DNA of 64,000 nucleotides from the human T2T-CHM13v2.0 reference genome, Homo sapiens: NCBI RefSeq assembly GCF_009914755.1, contig NC_060934.1; one strand, 5' to 3'. Shown piece by piece: positions 28,501 to 40,391 of this stretch (position 1 is its first letter; each line of letters starts with the position of its first letter). The notes under the pieces were generated by a model. It saw only the letters and a program-made list of their open reading frames with translations, ran no database searches and was not told where the DNA came from. The position numbers and the translations under genes were made by a program.

Positions 28501-28619
28501 GCACATCAGCATTACTAGAAATGCATGCAGACCAGCTTCAGCTGCTTGCCAACTCTTTAAAAAATGAGTAAACAATTTTCTAAAGGGGAAAAAATCTCTT
28601 CACCTCCTCACACCAACTA

Positions 28620-29060
28620 TTTGCATAATTCAGTGACCTTTTATAAACCGTGCCATTGTATAAGCATCATTTGCAAGGGTAGAAATCAACTATTCATCCC
28701 ATTTCATACTCTACCTCATTCACCTAACATTTTTCTGTATAAACTTTCTCATGTATTGACAGAGTACTAGTATTTATCATTTGTAATGGTTATATAATAT
28801 TCTATCATATTAATGTTTCATAGTTTGCTTAATAATTCCCCATTTGTGGAGCTTTTGGGTGTTTTCCAGGATTTTCTTATTATGAACAGGGCAGAAATAA
28901 ACATCTTTTCACAAATAGCTTATATTTCCTTTTCAGTTATTTCCCTGGTATATATTCCCAGAAGAGGGATTATTAGGTCAAAGGCTAGAGACGCTTTTAT
29001 GGCTTTTGTTGTGAGGTGCCAGACTGCTCTCCAAAAGACTGTACTAATTTGCAATTCTCT
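28620..29060 (-). mobile_element. L1ME-type fragment
   Basis: ttatttccctggtatatattcccagaagagggattattaggtca...gccagactgctctccaaaag. Confidence 0.7.
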
Positions 29061-29840
29061 CGTCTTTTTATTCGTGCTTTGTAGCCTCCTAATGAATTCC
29101 CCCAGGGGTTGTTCCAAATCTTCTGGGCCTGCCTGGGGCATCAAGCCACTCTCAACCTTCAGAGGTGATTTTACTGGGAAAGTTACACACATGTCCCTGA
29201 GTTTCCTCAACTTCCTTCCACATCAATGTTTCTATTTTTACCTGGGCTTCCCTCCTAGGCTGATCTCTGAAGAAGAGGTGTCTGATTTCCTCTCCAAACA
29301 CACCTCCCTGCCTGCATATTTGACCACGGTCCCTCTTCCTGTCTCTTCAGCACCATGCTGCATCAGTTATTCCACCCTTTTTACATCATCTGTCTCTCCC
29401 TCTTCTTCTGCTCTTTCCCCTCAGCCTGCAAATATCCTCATCTCCCTTTTCCTAAAAGCAATAGGCAATTTCTCCCTCTCCCCATGAAATATCTTTTTCT
29501 GTCACCATCCATCTTTCTGAAGGAAGAGTCTACACTTCACCATCTCATCTTCTAGTTCCTTCTCAACCTTTTGCCCTCTTTTACTGATGACCAACACTCA
29601 ACTAAAGCTGCCATGTCAAGGCCACCAATAATTTTCTTAAAAATCCAAGCAAATGACCCTTTATCGGTCATCATTCCTACCACCCTGTTGGCTATCTTGT
29701 CCTCATTGAAACATTTTCCTATCTGAGGTTCCGTGGCCGTAAAATTTCTTTAGAGTCCCTTCTATCCTACCAAAATTGTACCTCTATAAGAATTTGTTCT
29801 CAAACCTTTTAGTGAACTTTAAATGATATCTACCTCCCAC

Positions 29841-30337
29841 TGTGTAGCAGCCAGGAGAATTGGGAGGGACTGATCCTACCCCCAGCTCTAGTGGAAGCTA
29901 TGACTCATCTAAGCCCATTAGTATAAACCCATTCCTCCTACCACAATGATGTCTCAGGGAAAACCAGACCAGAGCAATTAACATGTGACATTTACATATG
30001 ACCTCTGGTGATCCAATTAGCGCCAAGCTCAGGATTTTTGTTTGGTAGTTGAGGGAAAATAGTTATTTCTTTCCTCTTGGATATAAACGACAAAGCATGT
30101 AAACCTAATTGCTGTTGGCTACCATTGTACAAACTTGAGGGAATCCAGTATGAAAATGAAACAACACACAGAATAAAGCAGAGAGAACTGATGCACAACG
30201 GATCCAAATCCCTGACTGAACTATGCCTGAAGCCCACTCTATTATCGGATTTTTCAGTTACATGAGCCAATAAGTTCCTTGCATTACTTAAACCATGATG
30301 TGTAGGGATTTCCATTATTTGCAATCCAAACATATAA
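29841..30337 (+). mobile_element. MaLR LTR (MLT1J/K-like)
   Basis: ttttcagttacatgagccaataag...ttatttgcaatccaaaca 3' end. Confidence 0.65.
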
Positions 30338-30339
30338 CC

Positions 30340-31300
30340 GTTATCGCTTCCTTCACGGTTCTCCCTTTATATGATATGTTATATCTCATTGCTCTTACCT
30401 ATTCCCATAGCTTCCATGTTTATATCTATGTAGACGATTCCTCTACACCTCTACCACCTGTCTCCTTACCTTCAACTCCAGCACTACTAGCCTTTCACTG
30501 AGTAGCTATACTTGGTTTATGAAGCTTTAATCTTAGCATATGTAATACCAACATTTTTACCATCATCACCCAAGCCAAATCAACCTCACTTCCCCACTTT
30601 CCTATGTTGGATTATTCAGTTGCCCAAGTTTGAAACTTCAGAGTTATCCATATCCTTTTTTCCTTTAGGCCCCTCAACCAGTCAGCTACCATGACCTCAC
30701 ACTTTTGCCTCTGGCTGCATCCTGACCAACATAACCTCGGTGTCAAATTGACAGTCTTCTCAGTTGGTCTCCCTGCCTCCTAGCTCTCCCAGTTTCTGAT
30801 CACTCTACACAACACCCATCAGAAACATCTTCCTGAAACATCAAACCAATCAAACATTTTTAATGATTTCTCAATGTGTTTTAGATTTAGCCAACACTTT
30901 CCATTCTAAACCCAAGAATGGATTTAGACCACTACAAGGTCTTTTCACTATCTTTCTGGTTTTATAATCCCATTACTCTCTCATTGGTGCCCAAGCTACA
31001 GGCAAATTGAACTACATCCCAGTTCTTCCACACCTTGCTGCCAATGAGATGAATCTGCCTGGACCAACTTCCCTTCACATTTCATCTGTTGAAATCCTAC
31101 TCTTCCTTTAAGAACCATCTCAAAACCACCTCCATAAAAGATACTTTGATTTACCTGAATAGATATTTCTCTTCTTGAACCCTACACTGTGTCACTCTTG
31201 TGTTACTCATCACAATAGGAAAGCTAACTTTTATTTTTGTATCCACTAAGCACAGAACATAGGGCCTTGAAAGTGGTAGGTGCTCAATTAATACTCCTTC
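30340..31300 (+). mobile_element. L2 fragments
   Basis: Degenerate L2 3' region ending gtggtaggtgctcaattaata. Confidence 0.6.
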
Positions 31301-31875
31301 AATTAGTCTGATTCGAGGGCAAACTTATGAAGAAGAGATGCCACAAGAAGGTAGCCGAGAAGGAATCTCACTCTTTTATTAACAGATTCACTAGAACCTC
31401 CTTCTCTCTTTTTTCTTTCTTTCAATGACAGCTAGGAATTCATCAAGTCAACAAATGTTTATTTAGTACTGTATACAAGTCAACACTGGAATCTGGGAGA
31501 AGCTAGCTTTGAAATCTTGTACTCTTGGCTGACTCAGAGCTGTGGTTCTCAGAGCATGGTCCACATGGATGTTCCTGGAAGCCAAGGGCAGATCTACTTT
31601 TCTACAATATCAGTATTTAGGTAAGCTCTGAATGATATAGCTACTGAGTGGGGAACAAAAAGCAACAGACCAAGAGTTCACAGACCTGAGTTTTCTGGGC
31701 CTAGATTTTTCACTAACTAGCTATGTGACCTTGAACAAGTCTTTTAACCTCTCTGTGACTCTATTGCTTCTTTACCTGTGAAACAATGAGGTTAGGCTGC
31801 AATGTCTCTCAAAATGTGATCCTCAGAACACTTGTAGCAGATTCACCTGAGCGGCTTTTAGAAAATGCAAATTCC

Positions 31876-32170
31876 GGGCCTGGTGCGGTGGTTCACACCT
31901 GTAATCTCAGCCCTTTAGGAGGCTGAGGCAGGTGGATCACTTGAGGTCAGGAGTTTGAGACCAGCCTGGCCAACATGGTGAAACCCTGTCTCTACTAAAA
32001 ATACAAAAAAAATTAGCTGGGCATGGTGGTGTGTGCCTGTAATTCCAGCTACTCAGGAGGCTGAGGCACGAGAATGTCTTGAACCCAGGAGGTGGAGGTT
32101 ACAGTAAGCCAAGATTGCACCACTGCACTCCAGCCTAGGCAATGGAGTGAGATTCTGTCTCAAAAAAATA
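31876..32170 (+). mobile_element. AluS inserted in a MER5-like element
   Basis: Full dimer; TSD aaatgcaaattcc on both sides; MER5-like flanks (caaactccccaggtgattct). Confidence 0.92.
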
Positions 32171-32564
32171 AATAAATTAATTAATTAAAAAAAAATATAT
32201 ATATATAAATGCAAATTCCCTGGACTCAAATCAGTGCTATCAAAAATGAATCTTTGGGGCCTTGGGAGTCTGTAGTTGAGCAAACTCCCCAGGTGATTCT
32301 TATTTCCACTCAAGTTGAAAACCTTTAAAATTTTATAATGGCAAGTTTTTTTCTGTTCTAAGGTGTGGGGGTTACTGGATTAAGTAATCATTTGAGTTAT
32401 TTTGAAGTGACAAGTGGAATGGATGAGTGAGTAATCCAGAGGATATTTTATCCTAACAAAGTGTCCCTGGAGAGAAAGATTAGAGAGCTTCTATTCCATG
32501 GTCTACACCCAGGCCACTGCCCCAGGACCACGCTGCAGCTCCATGCCAGTTGGCTTGCCGGCCT

Positions 32565-32840
32565 CTCTACCCCTCCCTTCCACTCTCCCTTTCTTCTCTC
32601 ATTTCCCTTCTTTTCTTTCTTCCCTATCCTCCCCTCTTCTCCCCTTCCTGTTCCCTCCCTCCTTCTTTCCTTTTCTTTCTTTCTTTTTCTCTTTCTTTTT
32701 CTCTCTTTTCCTTCCTTCCTTCCTTCCCTCCTTCCTTTCCTCCTCTCTCCCTCTACCTCACTGTCTCTCTCTCTCTCTCTTCTTCTCTCCCTCCCTACTT
32801 TCCCTCCCTTCTTTTCTTTTTCATTTTTCTTTTTCACTCC
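32565..32840. repeat. CT-rich low-complexity tract
   Basis: Almost pure pyrimidine tract of (CTTT/CCTT/CT)n. Confidence 0.95.
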
Positions 32841-33369
32841 TTCCAAATTCCTACAGGCACCTTAGTAAGCACACCATTATCAATACATTTATTCGCACTT
32901 ACCTAATAGATTTTTTCCATGAAGTCTTTCCGGCTCCCTCAATCAGATGTAAACATTTCCTGCTCAGAACTCTCCCAGCACTTTGAACTTCTCCTATGCC
33001 ATTAATCATACTTTGCCATGTAATATTTCTAGGTCTACTCTATTGTATGCCCCTGGGGAAAAAGGCTATTTTATTCATCTTTATGTCCCTTCTTCTGCAG
33101 TGCCTAGCATGATGCCTTGCACATGTTGACAATGTTTTACATTTATGTGATGTATAACTAGTTTAAGAAGTATTTTCACAAACATTAATGAATAATGTTT
33201 GTGAAAATAAGTGAAATAAGGGCCTGAATAAGTGAAATGTTACTCACTAACGTTTGTGAAAAACTTATTCAGACACTAAGTATTTTCTGAACAGATTCGT
33301 GTATGAATTCCTTTCTTTTTTTTTTTTCCTTATCATATTCTTAAGCTTGTCTTATCTCCTGTCCAGGAG

Positions 33370-33605
33370 GCAGGATTGTGCAGTAGTAAGGACACTGACC
33401 TTGAAGTTAGACATCTGAATCTGAAGTCTTGTTTTAGCTCTTAATAGCTGGGCTGTCTTAGGCATGTTATTTAACCCTTCTGAACCATAGTTTTATCTAT
33501 AAAGTGGCCATAACAATATCTTCTTTACAAGATTGGTGATGATTAATTGCAATTACTTGTGAAAACATCTGGCGCATAGCAGATCATTTTAAAATACTCA
33601 TTAAA
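33370..33605 (+). mobile_element. MIR
   Basis: ttaggcatgttatttaacccttctgaacc...tctataaagtgg. Confidence 0.75.
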
Positions 33606-33804
33606 TGGAATTCTTCCCTTCCCCCAACTCTTCACCTCCATTAGAATGTCCCTTAAGGACAAACTGGCTTTTTAAATTCTTTCTCTCCAGATTTTTATGC
33701 TGTGTCTTGGTGCATTGCATACAAAGATGTGCAGAATACATTTTTTGTGTACTCTCAAAAATAGTCGATGTCATAAGATGAAACACGTATGGAAAACATT
33801 CAAA

Positions 33805-34320
33805 CTGAAATGAACAGGATTCCTTGTTGCAAGGGCCATACACCCAATTCAAACAAACTTGAGGGGGAGAAAATAATTTATTGACTTTCCTAATTGGGAA
33901 GTTCTAGGGTAGATCTGCCTTTCAGCAAAGTGGTGTCCAGGGGTTAAAATACTGAAGACAGGCCAGCTCCGGGTGGGCCCTGCCTCTATGGCTTTATTCT
34001 CAGGCAAAATATCTCCAGCTGGCGGGAAGGATGGCTGGGGGCTTGTGAGTCAAAGGAGAGAAGCCCTTTCTCTCTTTGTGTCCATGTGCAAATCTCATGG
34101 AAGAATTCTCACCGACCCTGCTTGGGTTCTCTGCCCACATCTGAACTAGACATAGGTACAAAAGATGTAGTACTATGGCTGGCTCAGCCTGGGTCACATG
34201 CCCACTCCTGTGGCCAGTGGGGAAAGACACAGTAGTTTAAAGCCTCTCAGACTACAAGGAATGAGGGAGACGTAGTTCTTCCAAATGAAGGGGTGCCAAA
34301 AGACAAAACCAACTTGTTTG
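33805..34320 (-). mobile_element. MaLR LTR (MLT1K-like)
   Basis: ttgttgcaagg...cccaattcaaac...ggctcagcctgggtcacatgcccac. Confidence 0.6.
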
Positions 34321-34574
34321 GTGCACACATAGAATATAACATGCTATTTCCCACAAGATGCCCAAAGCCGTCTGCTTTGTGTTATTTAAAGGGCCCAGTT
34401 TTATTTACCCATTAATTTCCTCATTCACTGTTACTGGAAAAATAAAACCATGCTGAGTATCTCCTAAGGCCCAGACCCAGTGCCAAGGTTTGGGGTAAAG
34501 CAGTGACAAAGTCAAGCTTGGCCTTCCTCTCACAGATCTTCCAGTCCAGTGAGGGCTCAGGGACCTCTCACTGC

Positions 34575-35560
34575 ATGGACCACATTTCCTGAAGTTCCCT
34601 CCACTAACCATGGTCTTTGGCTTCAAGAAATGAGTTCCACAGGGTTCCATTTATAGTGTATGCACTGGAAGGAGCATCACTTTATCTCATTCTCACCTGT
34701 TTGGTGAAACTGCCTTTGCAAAAGTTATGACAGTGAGAAAAATCAGACCTAACTGACTCTGTCTTGTTTCTAACCTCCAAGCCGCACTTGTTCATTCCTG
34801 GGCTTAGGCCAGGCTAACTATGGAAGGATTAAGTTCATAATTTAACTTTGAAACAAAGATAATAACAGCCCTTTCCTGAAACAAACCCCCTCCTTCCTTG
34901 GGGATCAGACCTCTTTTGTAAAACTAACAAATTAGCCACAAGATTAGAAATTATGGCTCAGAAGTCATACAGCTAGAGGCCACAAGATCCTTAACTCCCC
35001 AGTTGCTCCTATAGAGGACATCACTATTGTAAAATCTAAGATTGGTGTTCAAGATATTTTTCACATCTTGCACTCGATGAACCAGCTGACACCACCCAAA
35101 TGGATAAACTGGCTGAGCTGGTCTTGTGGCTCCTACCCAGGAACTGTGACTCAGTGCAAGAAGACAAGCTATGAATCCCTGTGCTTTCATCTGTGACCCA
35201 ACCAATCAGTAGGCCCCATTCCCTAGCCCCCTGCCCTCCAAAGTGTCCTTAAAAAACCCTGCCCTTCAAATTTTTAGGGAGGCTAATTTAAGTAATAATA
35301 AACTCCTATCCTTCTGCTGAGCTGGCTCTGCATTTATTAAACTCTGTCTATTGCAAAAACCTCTCAGTGATGTTCTCAGTGATGAACTGTGCAGCAGGCA
35401 AGATGAACCCATTGGGCAATTGCATTAGTACACTTGGTTTGTTGGCTGAACTGGCCTTTCTTGGTAGAGATCACAGAATTGGACTCTCAGATGAAGGACA
35501 TGGAGAGCCACCTCACTTCAGTAGCTAGTGCACAGTTCCCAAGAATGGTGGAAGGGGACG
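34575..35560 (+). mobile_element. Degenerate Gypsy RT connection and RNase H N-terminus, split by LTR8
   Basis: PHFLKFPPLT..KK*VP and WKEHHFISFSPV before the LTR; LVHL...WPFLVEIT...SQMKDMESHLTSVAS after it (compare PNFSxIAAPLT, APVLAH..PFIVETD, SQxxDGxEHPIAYAS). Confidence 0.55.
34705..35424 (+). mobile_element. ERV1 solo LTR (LTR8/LTR8A)
   Basis: tgaaactgcctttgcaaa...gaacccattgggcaattgca; TG..CA ends; 4-bp TSD ttgg/ttag. Confidence 0.88.
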
Positions 35561-35619
35561 ATCGGGGGTTTTGTTGCAGGTTTTTTGTTTTGTTTTGTTT
35601 TGTTCTGTTTTGTATGTGT

Positions 35620-36092
35620 AATTTAAAAAGTGTTTTAATTATAGAAAAATATGCATAACATAAAACTTACCATTTTAACCAATTTAAATGTATAGTTCAG
35701 TAGTGTTAAGTATATTCGAATTGTATGACCATCTTTAGAACTTTTTCATCTTGCAAACGTAAAACTGTACCCATCAAACAATTCTTCATTCTTCCCTCTC
35801 TCCCCAGCCCCTGGCAACTGCCATTCTTTCTGTCTCTGTGAATTTGACTACTCCAGGTACCTTATCTAAATAGAATCATACAGTGTTTGTCCTTTTGTGG
35901 GTGGCTTATTTCACTTAGTATTATACCCTCAAGGTTCATCCATGTCATAGCACATGTCAGAATTTCCTTCCTGTTTAAGGATGAATGATATTCCATTGTA
36001 TGTGGACACCGTGTTTTGTTTATCCATGCATCCTTCAGTGGGCACTCGGGTTGCTTCTACCTTTTGGCAATTGTGAATAAAGCTGCAAGCAT
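35620..36092 (-). mobile_element. L1MB-type 3' end
   Basis: cataacataaaacttaccatttt...cagcccctggcaac...ttgtgaataaagctgc. Confidence 0.85.
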
Positions 36093-36109
36093 CGTGGGGA
36101 AGCTCAGTT

Positions 36110-37260
36110 GTGATGGCAGAAACCTGCGGATTCTGGAGGCCAGCAGCATTCAGATCAAGTAGGGCCCTTGTAGGACCCTGAACAGACAAGTCCTGAGTTC
36201 AAAGGGGCAGCAGAAGTGCTGGGGCACCCTCTGCAGGATAGAGGGAGGGACAGTTTCCTGGGCCTGCAGAAGTATCCACGTATAAGGGAGAGGATCTAGA
36301 AGGAAGGGAAATGCCAAACTTTATCTACCTCCCCATTTGTCCGGTGCTGGCCCTGATTTCACACTTTGTTGGCCAGTCTTAGGAACTCTTGTCAGGTCAT
36401 TAGAGGTGACTTCCAAGCAATAACATTGTACTCGCTACTTTAGGAGAGGTCTTTACTCATTCAAGAGTCCTGCCCATCTCTGCTGAGCCTCCTACTAAAG
36501 CAATCCCAGCCCTGTCCCACCTTCTGCAGAGCTTGGCCTCCCTCCTCCACCATCTCCCAGCCCCCATTTTGCTTTCCTCTGCCAGCATTGTCTATATCGG
36601 ACTTCCTCATTCATCTGTTTATCTGTCATCTACACGGGACTGAAATGAGGAGCCAGCCTCATCCAAGTGGCCAGCTGTTCTGGGCATTGAAGAAGTTGCT
36701 GTCCAGTGTGGTAGGACAGCATGGTGACACAGATTAAACTGGGCGCTGCTCCGTGGTACTCAGCATAAGTAGCCTGTTAGCTGGAGGCTGAGCCAAATAG
36801 AAATGAAGTATCTGGGGAACTTTGAAATGGCTGCCGAATACAAGGGAATTGCTTGTTGGAACTAGGTGAACCGGGAGCGGGTTTCATGGTACAGTAGATC
36901 AATATTGTTCCTTCTAAGGAAACAAACAGAATCAATGCCAGCTGCCCCAGGTCTCTGAGCAGATCTGAAAGCCACAGGGCCCATGGATGGAGGCTTCATG
37001 CTGATTTTGCAGAATACAACAATGTGTACCTGTTTGGGAGACATTTTATTGAATTTCATACCAACGACTGCACCTGAGCCACCAGTGGCCCAGTATTCAA
37101 GCACAGAGCAATGGAGGATCATACAACTGAAGGGCTGAAGGAGTCTTTGGGGAGTGGGAACGGCATTCTTGTTGCCATTCCCTGCTCCTCTACCCACAGC
37201 AGACATTTTTTCCTGATATCCACATGCTTGCTGAGCATAGATGCCGCCTGAGAATGTTCT
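36110..37260 (+). mobile_element. Degenerate Gypsy RNase H C-terminus and integrase (HHCC plus DDE core)
   Basis: In order: GRNLRIL..QQKCW..RKGNAKLYLP; PVLGTLVR; YFRR / LLIQESC; VPPS; HLHGTEMRS / KWPAVLGIEEVAVQC; PQGPW / RLHADFAEYN; QSNGGSY / TTEGLKESLGSGNGI; MLAEH. Confidence 0.65.
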
Positions 37261-37659
37261 CACCAGTGTTTCAGCAGCCACGACCAGATCATTACAGTTG
37301 GCACTCAATGTGGAGGCTTTTGCCTTTCCTGATTTTTTTCAATCTAACATCATTCCAGTAGGATTCCTTCTCTGGCTTTCTGGAGAGCTGCTGTAGAGAC
37401 TTTGTGAACCTATTTTGTTGTTGAATAGCTCAAATTTTTAAGCCTCTGTTATAATTAAATCTCACTGTGTTTCTACCACAGGAAAAGCCCTGGGCTAGGT
37501 ATTGAGAAGGTGCTTCCTTAAGCGGACAGAAACCTTTCTTCTTGCAAGTTCTCCCCATTGGTCCTATACCTGCCTTCTGGACAGCGCACAATAAGGCTCT
37601 CCCTATGCCATATGACAGCCCTTCCAACATTAGAAGATGGCTTTTGTGCCTTCCCCTAG

Positions 37660-38031
<372 letters not shown>

Positions 38032-38597
38032 TCCAACTGTTTCTTTTAATATTTGGTTTTCAGACACCTCACCCCCTGGTTGGTTTCCCGTGATCATGCC
38101 CCAGTGTGTCTACATCCCTCTTAAATTGTGGTGCCCAGCGTGTACATAGTACTTCGTCTGTGATCTTAATAATTTGGAGTACAAGCCAGCACACAGGGAC
38201 ATTTAGATGAGTCTTGAAAGGGACAAGGGGTCCACTGAGTTGACAGGGTGCACCAAGGCGTTCCTAGTCAGGGAGAAGTCTGTAAACGTGTGACCATGGC
38301 TTGTTCGGGGTGAATTATGCAAATTTTTGTATGAACCAACCCCGGTAATTTTTCATGACTTAAAAATTGTTCTTCGAATTATAAAAACTTAGGGTTACAA
38401 AGATTCTTAAAAGGCGTCATCACCCATCTGTTGATTAAATCACCAGGCTACAACATTCCTTGAGAGAAACTGGGGGTCTTGAGTATTCTATAATGGAAAC
38501 TCTTGTTTTTTATGAAGACAGGCCCTTCAGTATTTTGACTTCTCTGTTCAAAAGTTTATCCTTTTCAATTGAAACCTGCTGCATCGAAAGGTTAGTT

Positions 38598-38995
38598 GGC
38601 CGGGTGCAATGGCTCATGCCTGTAACCCCAGCAGTTTGGGAGGCTGAGGCTGAAGGATCAGTTGAGCCCAGGAGTTCGAGACCAGCTTCAGCAACATAGT
38701 GAGACCCCATCTCTACAAAAAAAGAAAAAATTATCCAAGGGTAATAACCTGAAGTCCCAGCTACTTGGGAGACTGAGGTGGAAGAATCCCATGAACCTAG
38801 AAAGTTGAGACTACAGTGAGCTATGATCATGCTACTGAACTCCAGTCTGGGCAACTGAGTGAGACCCTATCTCAAGAAAGAAAGAAAGAGGAAAGGAAAA
38901 GAAAGGAAAGGAAAGGAAACGAAAGGAAAGGAAAGGAAAGGAAAGGAAGGAAAGGAAGGGAAAGGAAAAAAAAAGGAAAGAAGGAAGGAAGAAAG
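38598..38995 (+). mobile_element. AluJ with expanded (GAAAG)n tail
   Basis: gagcccaggagttcgag; GA-rich tail at 38875-38995. Confidence 0.9.
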
Positions 38996-39392
38996 AGTCA
39001 ACTTTCAGAGTTATGGAGCATCTACTTTGTGCAGCACTGTTCTAAGTATGTGTGTGGGTGGACATGGGTGGTCCATGGGGACATGGGTGGTCCATGGGGG
39101 TAGTCAAGGTGGAGGAAAAAGAACAAACAAGCTCAGACTTTGTCTCTAAGGAACTTGCACTCCAGTGGGGACAACCCAGAAAAGAGTAAAACAAATGCTA
39201 TAATTGAGACATGGTAAATATTGTGGAAGCACAGAGGAGAAGGAGGTCACTTCCAAAGAAGGGAGCAGAGATAGCCTGTTCTCATGTCTATTCAGCAGCC
39301 AGAGTTATTGCTTTAAAATCCAAATCAGATCATATTTCTTGCTGTTCAAAATCCTTCAAGGCTCTCCATCACACTAAAAAATTAACCCCAGG

Positions 39393-39535
39393 GGCCAGGG
39401 GTAGTGGCTCACACTCATAATCCCAGCACTTTGGGAGGCGGAGGTGGGAGGATTGATTGAGGCCGGGAGTTTGAGACCAGCCTGGACAACATAGTGAGAT
39501 CCCATCTCTTAAAAAAACAAAAAACAAAACAAACG
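39393..39535 (+). mobile_element. Alu left monomer (FLAM-like)
   Basis: Single monomer; TSD aaaattaacccca / aaaatgaacccca. Confidence 0.85.
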
Positions 39536-39539
39536 AAAA

Positions 39540-40015
39540 TGAACCCCATGTCCTTACAGTGGCCTGTAGGATCCTGCACTATCTGGCATCTGGCCACCTC
39601 TTCTTGCCCACATGAACTTTCAAACATTTCCACTCTGGTCACCCTGACTTCCTTGCTGTCCCTTGAACCCACCAGATTCCTATGTTAGGGCTTTTATATT
39701 TAGTGTTTCCTCTTGGGCTTCCCTATGGCTTGCTCCCTCATTCACATCATTCGGCTGTATAGAGAGACCTAAAGTCCCCTCACCCCACAACTTGTTGCTT
39801 GCTATCCCCTTACCCTGCCTTATTTACTTAATAGCATTTATTACGATCTAAATTTATCTTTCATTTACTTATTAGTTGTCAGTCTCCCAATAGAATGTGA
39901 GCTCTTTGAAGGCAGGATTTTGTCTGTTTCGTTCACTGCTATATCCCCAGTGCCAAGAACAGGGCTGGCTCATGACATGTGCCAAATAAACATTTGTGGA
40001 GTGAATGAATGAGTT
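39540..40015 (+). mobile_element. L2a 3' end
   Basis: agaatgtgagctctttgaaggcagg...aataaacatttgtggagtgaatgaatg. Confidence 0.8.
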
Positions 40016-40051
40016 AATCTTCTTGACAACCTATTCTAAAATCTAGCAGCT

Positions 40052-40391
<340 letters not shown>

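Larger units (their letters stand above)
32400..33800 (+). mobile_element. Degenerate Ty3/Gypsy reverse transcriptase, in pieces
   Basis: VIQRIFYP...LERKIRELLFHGL (32431-32505); SYRHLSKHTIINTF (~32850-32890); FTSIRMSLKDKLAF (33631-33672); IQRCAEYIF...IVDVI...NTYGKH (33719-33799). Confidence 0.6.

Noticed and set aside
28813-29487. Longest ORF in the window (224 aa)
   Set aside because: It runs across antisense L1ME and L2-like pyrimidine-rich sequence; compositionally biased with no domain.
32448-32986. Four overlapping 118-162-aa ORFs as genes
   Set aside because: They are produced by the stop-free CT tract; only their flanks carry meaningful fossil RT motifs.
36862-37308. 148-aa minus-strand ORF as a retrogene or RTE-type LINE remnant
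   Set aside because: No recognisable protein and no polyA or TSD; RTE motif spacings did not fit. The opposite strand is better explained as Gypsy integrase.
39055-39100. Short tandem repeat (ggacatgggtggtccatggg twice) as a CRISPR-like or functional array
   Set aside because: Two-copy microduplication in eukaryotic DNA; no repeat-spacer array, tRNA or rRNA was recognised anywhere in the window.
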